DNA of 64,000 nt from an uncultured Clostridia bacterium (GCA_944393575.1 CALYAP010000029.1:1987-65986); one strand, 5' to 3'; counted from the stretch's first letter, positions 39,282-49,558 are shown. Notes: generated by a model not told the origin, from the letters alone. Numbers and translations are program-made.

Positions 39282-40019
39282 ATGAAAACAAAACAGCAAG
39301 AGTCAATTACAGCTGGCCGCCGCGCCGAACAAGAGGAAGCGCTGCGGGTCATCGGGGAAAACGCCGCTGAGATCATCCATGAACTGAAGGCACCTCTATC
39401 CAATATCATGGCGTACATGCAATTGATAGAAAGGAGGCTGCAAAAGGCAGGAGTGGATACGCAGGATCTGCCCTTTCCTGTCTTGTATCAGGAAATCAAG
39501 AGGATGGGTAGTCTTTGCCAACAGTCTATGGCCCTGATCTCTGCCACGGAGGAGCAGCCAGGACCTTTGGATATGGGCGAGTTATGCAATGGCACCGCTG
39601 TCTTGTTCCGGGCGTTGACCATTGCGCAGGGGATCGATCTGGTGTTGGAGATCCCGAAAGAGCTCGTCTATGTTTTCGCTGATGAAAACCAGCTGCGCCG
39701 CTTATTGATCAATCTGGTGGCCAATGCCGCGCAGGTGCTGCGCGGATACCGGGAAGACGGTCGAATCAAGGTCTCGCTCAAAAACGCGGATGAGGGGCTC
39801 GTCCTGATGGTGCAGGATAACGGCCCAGGCATGGACGCGCAGACCTTGGAAAGGATTTTTGACCGCTTCTATACCACCAAAAAGGATGGCTCTGGCATGG
39901 GCTTGCCCATTTGCGCTCAGATCGCCAAAGACTGCCACGGTACCCTGACTGTTTTCAGTGAAGTAGGACAGGGATCTTCCTTTGTCCTCTGGCTGCCCGC
40001 TGCCCAAAAGGCGGTTTAG
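39282..40019 (+). CDS. Orphan histidine kinase (HisKA + HATPase, no sensor domain)
   Basis: IIHELKAPL H-box, NLVANA N-box, DNGPG, F..FYTTK, GSGMGL. Confidence 0.85.
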   Translation: MKTKQQESITAGRRAEQEEALRVIGENAAEIIHELKAPLSNIMAYMQLIERRLQKAGVDTQDLPFPVLYQEIKRMGSLCQQSMALISATEEQPGPLDMGELCNGTAVLFRALTIAQGIDLVLEIPKELVYVFADENQLRRLLINLVANAAQVLRGYREDGRIKVSLKNADEGLVLMVQDNGPGMDAQTLERIFDRFYTTKKDGSGMGLPICAQIAKDCHGTLTVFSEVGQGSSFVLWLPAAQKAV

Positions 40020-40025
40020 CAACGG

Positions 40026-41423
40026 TCAGCGCAGGCAACGGCTCAGCCTGGCTATGGCCTCGGCTATCCTGTCGCTTTCGATACCCGAGTAATTGATGAT
40101 CAGGATATGTTCTGCCCCCTCCCGCTGTTGATGATAGTATTGGGAAAGGCAGGAGATTCTAACCCCTTCCCGCTGGGCACGGCGGATGAGCTCCTCATCC
40201 GATAATGTTGTCGCTAGCTTCATCAGGAAATGCAGCCCCGCATCCTCCTCGGTGATCTCAACCATAGAGGATAACGGGCTTTTTTTGATCGCATCCAGCA
40301 GCAGGTCGCGCTGGCGGTGATAAAAGGTGCGCATCCGGTTGACATGCTTTTCAAAGTAGCCCTGGCTGATAAAAGCGGCCAGGGTATATTGTTCAAAATT
40401 AGAAACCGTGCAGGAATAAAAGCCCAGCTGCTGATAGTAGCTGGCCAGTAGACGCGGCGGCAGTACCATATAGCTGATGCGGATGGTAGAGGCCAGGCTT
40501 TTGGTGAAGGTGTTCATATAGATCACCTTTTCGGTCTGGTCGATGCTTTGCAGCGCAGGGATCGGCTTGCCCAGCAGGCGGAATTCACAGTCATAGTCGT
40601 CTTCGATAATATAGCGCGAGTCATCGCGCGCGGCCCAGCCCAGCAGCTCATAGCGGCGGCTGATCGGCGTGATGATGCCGGTGGGGAAATGATGCGAAGG
40701 CGAAGTGTGGAGGATTTGTGCTCCGCTGGCTTCCAGCGCCGCCACATCAACGCCGGAGCTGTCGAGCGGCAGATAACAGCATTTAACGCAGTTGCTGGCA
40801 TAGATCTGGGCGATCTTGCGGTAGCCCGGATCCTCCACGGCGAAGATCTTGTCGCGCCCCAGCAGCTGGATCAGTAGGCCATAGAGGTATTCCGTCCCAG
40901 CGCCGATGATGATTTGCTCTGGTGAGACGCTCATACCGCGGAACTGGAAAAGATAATCAGCGATGGCTTCCCGCAGCTCGCGGATACCGCCAGGCGGCGG
41001 ATTGGTCAGCAGCTCCTCGCTCTTGCCGGAGATGGTCTCGCGCATCAGTCGCGCCCAGATCGAAAAAGGGAAATTAGCCTGGTTAGTGCTGTTGCTGACA
41101 AAGTCGGCGAAATAATCCGCCTGCTCCGGAGAGATGACGACTTCTTCCGGCGTTCCGGCTGCTGCGGCCTTGACCTCATTGGTGATATCAGCGACAAAAT
41201 AACCCTTTTTCGGCACAGAATAAAGATACCCTTCCGCCATCAGCTGCTGGTAAGCGTTTTCCACCGTGATGGTGCTGATGCCCAGATTCTTGGCAAAAGC
41301 GCGCTTGGAGGGCAGGCGGGTTCCTGGTGCCAAAACGCCTTTGAGAATATCGTTGCGGATACATTTATAGAGATGTCCGTAAAGCGAATCTGACCCTAAA
41401 TCAGCAAAAGAATAAGTCAACAT
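40026..41423 (-). CDS. pdxR: MocR/GabR-family PLP-responsive regulator PdxR
   Basis: LPSKR wHTH, SPSHHFPTG, IIEDDYD, TFTKSL..IRISY; divergent from pdxST; start taken at MLTYSF. Confidence 0.85.
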   Translation of the reverse strand: MLTYSFADLGSDSLYGHLYKCIRNDILKGVLAPGTRLPSKRAFAKNLGISTITVENAYQQLMAEGYLYSVPKKGYFVADITNEVKAAAAGTPEEVVISPEQADYFADFVSNSTNQANFPFSIWARLMRETISGKSEELLTNPPPGGIRELREAIADYLFQFRGMSVSPEQIIIGAGTEYLYGLLIQLLGRDKIFAVEDPGYRKIAQIYASNCVKCCYLPLDSSGVDVAALEASGAQILHTSPSHHFPTGIITPISRRYELLGWAARDDSRYIIEDDYDCEFRLLGKPIPALQSIDQTEKVIYMNTFTKSLASTIRISYMVLPPRLLASYYQQLGFYSCTVSNFEQYTLAAFISQGYFEKHVNRMRTFYHRQRDLLLDAIKKSPLSSMVEITEEDAGLHFLMKLATTLSDEELIRRAQREGVRISCLSQYYHQQREGAEHILIINYSGIESDRIAEAIARLSRCLR

Positions 41424-41440
41424 TCCCGTTTTAACCGCCA

Positions 41441-41501
41441 ATCTGACCATTCTGATTATTTTTGATTTGGATATTTTAATATGGTCAGATCTGATTATAA
41501 T
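41441..41501. promoter_or_regulatory. PdxR operator and pdxS -10 element
   Basis: Perfect 10-bp inverted repeat ATCTGACCAT (41441)/ATGGTCAGAT (41481) containing CTGACC; TATAAT at 41496. Confidence 0.7.
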
Positions 41502-41673
41502 AGAACCCATCGCTGTTGTAAAGTCTTTTTTAGGCCAAAGAGCCGGGCTCTGCCCCGACTACAAGCCTCTTCCGGCAGGGCATAAAGGGTTAGGCTGCCG
41601 GAGCTGGATGAAGAAAAAGCAGAAAAGAAAGTAAAACAGGCTATAATGCAGCAGAAGAAAGGATGGAAAAATC

Positions 41674-42549
41674 ATGGAACAAAGCAGATATGAGTTGAAT
41701 AAGGAATTAGCGCAGATGCTCAAAGGCGGCGTCATCATGGACGTCACTACTCCGGAGCAGGCTAAAATCGCCGAAGCAGCCGGCGCCTGCGCTGTCATGG
41801 CCCTGGAGCGGATCCCGGCGGATATCCGTGCTGCCGGCGGCGTCTCCCGTATGAGCGATCCCAAGATGATCAAAGGCATTCAGAACGCTGTCTCCATTCC
41901 GGTAATGGCTAAATGCCGTATCGGTCATTTTGTCGAAGCGCAGATTCTCGAGGCGATCGAGATCGACTACATCGATGAGAGCGAAGTCCTCTCCCCGGCT
42001 GATGATATCTATCATATTGATAAGACCAAATTTAAGGTGCCTTTTGTCTGTGGTTCGCGCGATCTGGGCGAGGCTCTGCGCCGCATCAATGAGGGCGCAT
42101 CGATGATCCGTACCAAGGGCGAGCCCGGCACCGGCGATATCGTCCAGGCTGTCCGCCATATGCGCTTGATGAATGCCGAGATTGCCAAGATAGTCTCCAT
42201 GCGTGAGGACGAGCTCTTCAACGAAGCCAAAGAATTGCAGGTCCCTTATGATTTGGTTCTGTACGTACATCAGCATGGCCGTCTGCCGGTGGTCAATTTC
42301 GCTGCTGGCGGTGTCGCTACCCCTGCTGACGCGGCGCTGATGATGCAGCTGGGCGCGGAAGGTGTCTTTGTCGGCTCCGGCATCTTCAAATCAGGCAATC
42401 CGGAGAAGCGCGCCGCCGCTATCGTCAAAGCTGTAACCAATTTTGAGGATAAAGAGATGCTGGCAGCCCTTTCCGAAGATCTGGGCGAGGCGATGGTCGG
42501 CATCAATGAGCAGGAGATCGAGCTGCTGATGGCTGAAAGGGGCAGATAG
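41674..42549 (+). CDS. pdxS: Pyridoxal 5'-phosphate synthase lyase subunit
   Basis: [43 protein letters not shown]. Confidence 0.98.
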   Translation: MEQSRYELNKELAQMLKGGVIMDVTTPEQAKIAEAAGACAVMALERIPADIRAAGGVSRMSDPKMIKGIQNAVSIPVMAKCRIGHFVEAQILEAIEIDYIDESEVLSPADDIYHIDKTKFKVPFVCGSRDLGEALRRINEGASMIRTKGEPGTGDIVQAVRHMRLMNAEIAKIVSMREDELFNEAKELQVPYDLVLYVHQHGRLPVVNFAAGGVATPADAALMMQLGAEGVFVGSGIFKSGNPEKRAAAIVKAVTNFEDKEMLAALSEDLGEAMVGINEQEIELLMAERGR

Positions 42550-42551
42550 AG

Positions 42552-43136
42552 ATGCGTATTGCAGTATCAGCAGTCCAGGGCGCTTTTATTGAGCATGAGC
42601 AGATGCTGAGCTCCCTGGGTGTAGAATGTTTTGAGCTGCGCCAACGCGCCGATCTGCTGCGTTCCTTCGACGGTTTAGTGCTGCCGGGCGGCGAGAGCAC
42701 GGTCCAGGGCAAGCTCCTGCGAGAGCTGGATATGTTTGATGAGCTGCATCAGCAGATCCGCGCCGGCCTGCCGGTATTGGGTACCTGCGCCGGGCTGATC
42801 CTGCTGGCCGAGCAGCTCAGCAATGACCCGAACGTCTATTTCGGCACCTTGCCAGTGACGGTGCGGCGCAATGCCTATGGCCGTCAGCTGGGCAGTTTCT
42901 ATGCCGAGGAGAGCTTCCAGGGACAGGGTGTCGTGCCGATGAAATTCATCCGCGCTCCTTATATCGAGAGCGTGCGCGAGGGAGTGGAGATCATGGCCCG
43001 GGTAGAGGGAAATATCGTCGCCGTACGCTATCACAATCAGCTGGGCCTGTCCTTCCATCCGGAATTATGCAGCGATACCCGTATTCACCAGCTCTTTTTA
43101 TCCTTGGTTGGCCAGGGCAGCAGCTCCGCTGCCTAG
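42552..43136 (+). CDS. pdxT: PLP synthase glutaminase subunit
   Basis: PGGEST, GTCAG, RNAYGRQ, FIRAP, FHPE. Confidence 0.97.
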   Translation: MRIAVSAVQGAFIEHEQMLSSLGVECFELRQRADLLRSFDGLVLPGGESTVQGKLLRELDMFDELHQQIRAGLPVLGTCAGLILLAEQLSNDPNVYFGTLPVTVRRNAYGRQLGSFYAEESFQGQGVVPMKFIRAPYIESVREGVEIMARVEGNIVAVRYHNQLGLSFHPELCSDTRIHQLFLSLVGQGSSSAA

Positions 43137-43220
43137 CTACGCCAAAAAGCTAAGCTTAAATAAAAAATCATCAGCAAAAAAGAATAGCGTGCGCAAAAAC
43201 ATGATTCAGCCCGCGAAAAC

Positions 43221-43252
43221 AACCCCGCCTGTTAAAAAAATAGGCGGGGTTT
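43221..43252 (+). terminator. Intrinsic terminator after pdxT
   Basis: AACCCCGCCT...AGGCGGGGTTT. Confidence 0.7.
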
Positions 43253-43362
43253 GATTATCCGAGCCCTTTTCCTGGCGGCGGTGCGGCATTTGTCGCAAAT
43301 GCTCGTTGTAAATATCGCCTTTTTGGCTTATAATAATAATGACTAATTAAGGAGCGTGAACA

Positions 43363-44754
43363 ATGACCAGGATCAAATTTCTGCTCGCCCTGTGGCTGGC
43401 GCGTCTGTGCCGCTGGGCCATCAACATCGTGGCTCCCGGCCGCGGCACCAATCTGCCGGGACAAATCGCCCTCAAGATCGATCATGGCTTCAATGGCCAT
43501 TTTGAAGGGCTCGATGCCGGCAAGGTGATCTTCATCACCGGCACCAATGGCAAATCCACTACCACCAATTTGCTGGCTGCTATCCTCAAGGAAGCCGGTA
43601 TTCCGGCTGCAGTTAATCTAGAAGGCGCTAATCTGGAGGGCGGCGTGGCCGCTACCCTGATGGCCCATTCCACCTTGAAAGGCAAGCTCAAATGCAGATA
43701 TATCGTGATGGAGACCGATGAGCGCTTTTTGCCGGTGATCAGCCGCTCGCTGCCGCCAGCCTGGCTGTGCGTGACCAATATACAAAAAGACCAGGTGCAG
43801 CGCAATGGCGAGCCGGATATCATCTACCGCAAGATCGCCTCGGCTATCACTGAGGATACGGTGCTCTTCCTCAATAATGAGGAGCCCAATGCCGCCTCCT
43901 TGTCCCGTCTGGTCAAACACAGCGTTTTCTATGGGGTGGACGAGCATGCCAAGAGCTTCGTCAAACAGGGCTTCTTTACCACCACCATGCCCTGCCCGGT
44001 CTGCGGCGAGCCGATCCGCTTTTACCGTTATAATGTCGATAATATCGGCGCGTTCACCTGCACCGGCTGCGGTCTGAAGAGCTCGCCGGCGCCGGCCTAC
44101 TTTGCTCATAGCATCAACTTTGCCGATCACACCTTTGCCGCGGAAGGCCAAACCTATCCGCTGCCCTATGAAGCGCCGTATTTTCTTTATTGCTATATTG
44201 CCGCCATTGCTATGGCCCGGGAGATCGGCATCGCCAAGGAAACCATTGCTGCGGCGCTGGCTCGCTTCGTCAATATCGGCGGACGTCTGGAGACGCTGCA
44301 TACTGGCGGCAAAACTATCCAGTATATCCGCATGAAGCAGGAAAACCCCGAGACTCTGCAGAGCGCACTGGACTATATCTCTCAGGATAAGAGTCCCAAA
44401 ATCTTCCTGCTCGGCCTCGATGAGCTGGTTGATTTCCACCCGCATTATACCAATACTTTCTATGCTTTTGACTGCGATTTTGACCAGCTGATCGCTTCTC
44501 ATGTTGAGCATTATATCTGTTTTTCCGGCACCGTGGCTTATGACGCCGCCAACCGCTTGGTTTACGCCGGCGTACCCAAGGAGCAGATCACTGTGCTGCC
44601 AACTAATGACGATGCGACTATTGTGGCGGAGCTAGCCAAATACTCTTGCCCGAATATCTACCTCATTACCTGGCTTTATAAGTATAAGTCACTGGAAAAA
44701 TACCTCATCGAACACGAGGGTGAAAAAGATAGTACACCCAGCACAGCTGTTTAA
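43363..44754 (+). CDS. MurT-like Mur ligase (divergent C-terminal domain)
   Basis: GTNLPG, ITGTNGKSTT, GANL, ETDE, CPVC...CTGC zinc finger, GGRLE; promoter TTGTAA-17-TATAAT at 43306-43334. Confidence 0.82.
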   Translation: MTRIKFLLALWLARLCRWAINIVAPGRGTNLPGQIALKIDHGFNGHFEGLDAGKVIFITGTNGKSTTTNLLAAILKEAGIPAAVNLEGANLEGGVAATLMAHSTLKGKLKCRYIVMETDERFLPVISRSLPPAWLCVTNIQKDQVQRNGEPDIIYRKIASAITEDTVLFLNNEEPNAASLSRLVKHSVFYGVDEHAKSFVKQGFFTTTMPCPVCGEPIRFYRYNVDNIGAFTCTGCGLKSSPAPAYFAHSINFADHTFAAEGQTYPLPYEAPYFLYCYIAAIAMAREIGIAKETIAAALARFVNIGGRLETLHTGGKTIQYIRMKQENPETLQSALDYISQDKSPKIFLLGLDELVDFHPHYTNTFYAFDCDFDQLIASHVEHYICFSGTVAYDAANRLVYAGVPKEQITVLPTNDDATIVAELAKYSCPNIYLITWLYKYKSLEKYLIEHEGEKDSTPSTAV

Positions 44755-44781
44755 ACCTGTGGGGAAAGAAGGAGCGCTGCT

Positions 44782-45528
44782 ATGGCTGATAAAATAACTG
44801 TTCTCTGGCTTTATCCGGATATCTTGAATCTGCATGGCGACCGGGGCAATCTGATGGCCCTGGAACGTATTGGCAAGCTGATGGAGCTGCCAGTGGAGGT
44901 ACGCCGGGTGGACAAGCTCACTGATCCGCTGCCTTTGGATGAGGCGGATCTGCTGGTGCTGACCTCTGGCGAGGTCAAAAATATGCCCCATGTGATCGAC
45001 GCCCTGCGCCAGGAGCAGGCTGCGCTGGATGAATATGTAGCGCGCGGCGGATATATCCTGGCTATCGGCACTGCCGGTGCCGTATTGGCCAAGGAGACTG
45101 AGCGGCTTGATGGCACCAGCTTCGCCGGGCTGTCCCTGCTGCCGATGCGCTGTCAGGAACGCGCCAAAGTTTATGGTGATGATATCTGGTTCTCTCTGTG
45201 CGATGATCCGCAGCTGAAACTGATGGGCAATCAGATCCAGGTCATCGATACCGAGCTGCTGGAGGGCGCGCAGCCCTTAGGCAAGCTGATCTATGGCTAT
45301 GGCAATGATGGCGCCGATGATGAGGGCTGCCAGGCCGGGCGGATTATTTTTACCAATACCTTAGGCCCGCTGCTGGTCAAAAATCCCCGTTATACGGAGC
45401 GGCTCCTCACTGCCCTCGCGGCCGATCATGGTCTTGCTCCCGGACGCCAGCTCAGTGCGGAGGATACTGATTATGAGGACCACTCCTATCAGCTGATCGA
45501 GCAATTCATCCGCAAGAAGATGGCCTAG
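44782..45528 (+). CDS. GatD/CobQ-like glutamine amidotransferase, catalytically degenerate
   Basis: LYPDILNLHGDRGN, GYGN, EG, GPLL.KNP motifs of GatD; catalytic Cys and His not present. Confidence 0.82.
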   Translation: MADKITVLWLYPDILNLHGDRGNLMALERIGKLMELPVEVRRVDKLTDPLPLDEADLLVLTSGEVKNMPHVIDALRQEQAALDEYVARGGYILAIGTAGAVLAKETERLDGTSFAGLSLLPMRCQERAKVYGDDIWFSLCDDPQLKLMGNQIQVIDTELLEGAQPLGKLIYGYGNDGADDEGCQAGRIIFTNTLGPLLVKNPRYTERLLTALAADHGLAPGRQLSAEDTDYEDHSYQLIEQFIRKKMA

Positions 45529-45574
45529 AGTCACAACAGACCGCTTCATAAGCATCTCTAGCATAAGGTTAGCT

Positions 45575-45662
45575 TAGGATAAAGATGTTCTGATACAAAG
45601 ATATCCTAGCTCAAAGATATTGTGATACAAAATAGCTTGATAGATTGAGGATAAAGATGCCT
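45575..45662. repeat. Degenerate 16-bp tandem repeat
   Basis: TAGGATAAAGATGTTC / TGATACAAAGATATCC / TAGCTCAAAGATATTG / TGATACAAAATAGCTT, plus GAGGATAAAGATGCCT. Confidence 0.6.
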
Positions 45663-45861
45663 CAGTCTGGGGAGATTGCCATGAAGTCATGGCATAAAAC
45701 AGCTAGACTCAAAGAGCATAGCGATACAATAACCGCATGATGGTAGCAGTAGTGAAGATAGGCATAGCAGATAGCTGATAAAAACAGCCTGCTGCTTGGG
45801 CCGGACTGGGCAGCAAGAACAAGCAGCCTAGCCTGCTATCAGGAGCAGAAAGGGGATACTG

Positions 45862-46776
45862 ATGGAACAGTTTTGGCAGTCGATCAAGGAGTTTTTTTCC
45901 AGCTCTTTTGGTGAGTTTCTGGTCAGCTTAGCGGTGGCAATATTGGTGCTGGTCATCGGCTGGATACTCATCAAATGGATCCTTAAGCTGCTTTCCCGCA
46001 GTAAGCTGTCCAAAAAAATGGATAAAAGCGCTTTTACTTTTTTCCGCAGCGCTATCTCCATTACGCTCAAGGTGGTGCTGATCCTGACTGCAGCCAGCAT
46101 CGTCGGTGTGCCCTCAGCCAGCATCATCGCTCTGATCGGCTCGATCGGCGTGGCTATCGGCCTGGCGTTGCAGGGCAGCCTCAGCAATCTGGCCGGCGGC
46201 CTGATGATTTTGATTTTTAAACCTTTTGCTGTAGGCGATTATATCCAGCCGCAGGATACCGAAGGCGGTACGGTCAAGGATATCAGCATTTTCTATACCA
46301 CGCTGCTGACTGTAGATAACCGCACTATCGTCCTGCCAAATGGTGATCTTTCCAATAAACCGATGGAGAATTATACCAAAATGGACAAGCGCCGTCTGGA
46401 TATGCGCTTCTCTGTTGGCTATGATAGCGATATCGAAAAGGTCAAGATGGTGATGCAGAAGGTCATCGACCGTCAGGAGAAACTGCACCGTGAACCAGCG
46501 CCTTTTGCCCGCCTGCGTGAGATGGGCGATAGCGCGCTGATTTTTGAAATGCGCTCCTGGTGCAATACCGATGATTATTGGAGCTGCTATTTTGATATTA
46601 ATGAGCAGATGAAAGAAGCTTTTGATGCGGCAGGATTCAATATCCCCTATCCGCAGATGGATGTCCATATGGTGCCGCCCGGCGCACCGACCTCAGCCAG
46701 CAACGGTGCTGCCCCAGCACCCGCAGCAACTGACAGCGTTGCCTCTGCAGAGAGCTCTCAAGGTGATGCAAATTAA
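45862..46776 (+). CDS. mscS: Small-conductance mechanosensitive channel
   Basis: AIGLALQGSLSNLAGG, PFAVGDYI, LPNG, IPYPQMDV. Confidence 0.93.
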   Translation: MEQFWQSIKEFFSSSFGEFLVSLAVAILVLVIGWILIKWILKLLSRSKLSKKMDKSAFTFFRSAISITLKVVLILTAASIVGVPSASIIALIGSIGVAIGLALQGSLSNLAGGLMILIFKPFAVGDYIQPQDTEGGTVKDISIFYTTLLTVDNRTIVLPNGDLSNKPMENYTKMDKRRLDMRFSVGYDSDIEKVKMVMQKVIDRQEKLHREPAPFARLREMGDSALIFEMRSWCNTDDYWSCYFDINEQMKEAFDAAGFNIPYPQMDVHMVPPGAPTSASNGAAPAPAATDSVASAESSQGDAN

Positions 46777-46847
46777 GCTATACTGTTGGCGCAGCTGATG
46801 CGCGTATTGCCGTAGCGCTTATCCTAGTGTTTGATTAGCAGTAAAAT

Positions 46848-46880
46848 AATAATACTCCGTCCTAAACGGAGTATTATTTT
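46848..46880. terminator. Bidirectional terminator
   Basis: AATAATACTCCGT-CCTAA-ACGGAGTATTATT between convergent genes. Confidence 0.8.
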
Positions 46881-46962
46881 AATAACGGCAGGAGACCACT
46901 TGTAATAGCAGCATAATACCGCTTGATCGCTGCTAAAGAGAGTATTTTGCTATTATCAGCGT

Positions 46963-47634
46963 TTATTTGACTGCCAGGAGATAGCTTTCATCGATGCGGA
47001 GAAAAAGCTCGTCCAGGGGAACGGTACCATTGAGGCAGACGGTGTACCAGTGCTTTTTATTCATATGGTATCCAGGGAAATATTTTTGGTTATCTAGCAG
47101 CTTAGCCAGTTTCCCTGGCTCCATCCGCAGATCGATGATCTCGATATCATCTGTTCCATCCAGCCCGAGCTTGCTGGGATGCACTAACAGCAGAGCGCCA
47201 TACCATTTGTGAGTGTCTTGGCGCCGCCAGACTGCATTATGAGGAAATTTGGGCCAGAGAAACTCCAGCTGATCATGGTAGGTAGCATCGATATAGTCAA
47301 TGACCTTTTGTGCATACGTACTGCGGAAAACATCGGGCTCAAAGCATTGTTGGGCTATTTTCTCCAGCAGTTCGTCATGCGCGCTTCTGACCATTCCCAC
47401 AAACGGGCCGGCTGTTTCGGCCAGACGGTGCAACAGGTATTCGTCTCCGGATTCCGGGTCGCGGATACAGGTCGTGACCATGCTGTCTGCATCAATGGTG
47501 ACTGTCATGAGCAGCTGTGTCTCAGTAAGAGGGTGTTCATAGACATAGGCGCCGTTTTGGTGACGAAAACCAAAGGCCTTGAGCTTATCTGCATTGGCTT
47601 TTTTATGCTGGAAAAGAGCGGCTGTTTCTAACAT
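46963..47634 (-). CDS. MmcQ/YjbR-family DNA-binding protein
   Basis: EFLW.KFP..AVWR....KWYG, PGYHMNKKHWYTV, IDESY. Confidence 0.88.
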   Translation of the reverse strand: MLETAALFQHKKANADKLKAFGFRHQNGAYVYEHPLTETQLLMTVTIDADSMVTTCIRDPESGDEYLLHRLAETAGPFVGMVRSAHDELLEKIAQQCFEPDVFRSTYAQKVIDYIDATYHDQLEFLWPKFPHNAVWRRQDTHKWYGALLLVHPSKLGLDGTDDIEIIDLRMEPGKLAKLLDNQKYFPGYHMNKKHWYTVCLNGTVPLDELFLRIDESYLLAVK

Positions 47635-47872
47635 GCTTAATTATCCTTTTAATGGGTAATCTTTGTGTGGCTATTTGTAATTTTCGGTTTTGTTTGATAG
47701 AGGGGAGCCCTAGAACAGAGCTGCCTCTTGATGATAAATCAACTGTTTATTGCTATTACATTATTATAACAAGGAAAGCTTAACCGGACAAGGGCACGGC
47801 TTAGCTGCTACCGTTTCCTTTACGGCTGCTATAATGGCTGTATCTGCCTGGTTATGCTTCAGGAGGTGCCTG

Positions 47873-48139
47873 ATGAAAAAAGTCAAGTCTGTGCAGAGCG
47901 ATCTGCGCCAGATCCCCGGGGTAGGCATCCAGACCGAACAGGATCTGCTCCGCCTAGGTTATCCGACCGTGGCTTCACTGCGCGGGGCGGATCCGGAGGA
48001 ACTCTACCGGCGTGATTGTACTCAGCGCGGCTTTACTATTGACCGCTGCCAGCTCTATGTTTATCGTTGCGCCGTCTACTATGCCTCTACTCCAGATCCT
48101 GATCCCGAGCTGCTCCAGTGGTGGAAATGGAAGGATTAG
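47873..48139 (+). CDS. Helix-hairpin-helix protein (Cdd1/pathogenicity-locus-like)
   Basis: LRQIPGVG...L.GADPEELY...DRCQLYVYRCAVYYA...WWKWKD; RBS AGGAGG. Confidence 0.85.
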   Translation: MKKVKSVQSDLRQIPGVGIQTEQDLLRLGYPTVASLRGADPEELYRRDCTQRGFTIDRCQLYVYRCAVYYASTPDPDPELLQWWKWKD

Positions 48140-48470
48140 CTCCCGCTGACCGCAGGGTCTTGTTCTGCAAAGGAGCTGCCGTCAAAAATTAAAAAGCCCA
48201 AAGACAATGGCCAAGATCAGCTATCAGCTGGTCTATGGTTTTGTCTAGGCATTGCTCACCTTGCTCTGCTCGTTGGATATCGCTCACAGAAGAGTTGCCG
48301 TTACCGCCATATTGGTTGATGAGTTATCTGAGCAGCATCAGTGGAACAATATCCCGTTGGCAAGGGTTGAGCTGGTATGGCACTACGACCGGCAGCCGCA
48401 GTCTGTTGATAAGCTCATTATTGAGGACAGATCCTGCCTACTGTTGGTGCAGATGAGAAAAATTCTTTGG

Positions 48471-48502
48471 TTTAAGTTGGCTTAAGGTTGAGATGCTATC
48501 AT
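48471..48502 (+). promoter_or_regulatory. OmpR-type direct repeat plus extended -10 promoter
   Basis: TTAAG-N5-TTAAG (48472/48482), then 10 bp later TG-C-TATCAT. Confidence 0.55.
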
Positions 48503-48761
48503 TCTCCTATCAGCCGGAATCTATGCCGGCGGCGATACTCCCTGCGGCGGCTATTAGCCGAGCCGGGCTTTTGCCGCAGAACTGGTTATGCTTATCCGGC
48601 AGCATCTATCTTATAGAATATACTAGGCAGAGAGCATATACTAGGCAGAAGCTATCCGCCTGGATTTATCCAACAGGTTGGTATTTTCTCCCGGGCTGGC
48701 TAATGGGTAGCGGCGTCCCAGCTGCTGGTAATATTGCTCAGGAAAGAGAGGAGGGGTACAG

Positions 48762-49529
48762 ATGTTTTACCCCCGTATCAAATCAGAGATCAGAGAACCC
48801 GATCCGCGTGATGAAGAATTTTATCAGGATAAGCTCTATATACTTGAGCATGTCCGCGACGTGCTGCTGCGCAATATCGAGCAATTACGGCTGGAAAGCG
48901 AGGAACAGCAGGGGCGGGATCCGGTCGATCACTGCAAATCACGCATCAAGTCGGCGCTGAGCATGGAAGAAAAGCTGACCCGCCGCGGCTTGCCGGTTAC
49001 ACTCACCGCTGCCTTGGAAAATATCCGTGATGCTGTTGGCGTGAGGGTAGTCTGTCCTTTTCTCGATGATGTCTATCTGGTTCGCGATTGGTTGTCCGGC
49101 TGTCCAGGTCTGCGGCTGGTGGAGGAAAAAGACTATATCGCTAACCCCAAGCCCAACGGCTACCGCAGCCTCCATCTGATCGTGGCAGTGCCGGTGCCGA
49201 TGATCCGCGGCCACCAGGAATGTATGGCAGAGATCCAGATCCGTACTCTGGCGATGGATTTCTGGGCAGCGTTGGAGCATCAGCTGAAATATAAACAGCA
49301 GATCGGCGATGAGGAGACCATCGTTGCCGAGCTGAAACGCTGTGCTGATGAGACCTCTTCGACTGATATCAATCTCTTAGCGCTGCGCGAGCTGATCACT
49401 GCCGGCAAAGAAGAGCTGTCTCCGGCAGGAAGCGATAAGCAGCAGCCCGAAATAAAGAAACACAGCGCACTGAGGCCGAGCCTCAAGAGGCGTCACCAAT
49501 ACCGCCATCTCAAAGAGGCGGTTCACTAG
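48762..49529 (+). CDS. Small alarmone ((p)ppGpp) synthetase, RelP/RelQ-like
   Basis: KSRIKS, DAVGVRVV, KDYI.NPKPNGYRSLH, EIQIRT.AMDFWA.LEH. Confidence 0.92.
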   Translation: MFYPRIKSEIREPDPRDEEFYQDKLYILEHVRDVLLRNIEQLRLESEEQQGRDPVDHCKSRIKSALSMEEKLTRRGLPVTLTAALENIRDAVGVRVVCPFLDDVYLVRDWLSGCPGLRLVEEKDYIANPKPNGYRSLHLIVAVPVPMIRGHQECMAEIQIRTLAMDFWAALEHQLKYKQQIGDEETIVAELKRCADETSSTDINLLALRELITAGKEELSPAGSDKQQPEIKKHSALRPSLKRRHQYRHLKEAVH

Positions 49530-49558
49530 GGCGCTGGCAGGAAGGAGCGTAAACAGCG

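Noticed and set aside
45575-45730. Possible CRISPR array
   Set aside because: Units are contiguous 16-mers with no unique spacers and no cas genes
48235-48960. ORFs 48235, 48252 and 48493
   Set aside because: No RBS or recognisable domain; they overlap the predicted promoter/leader
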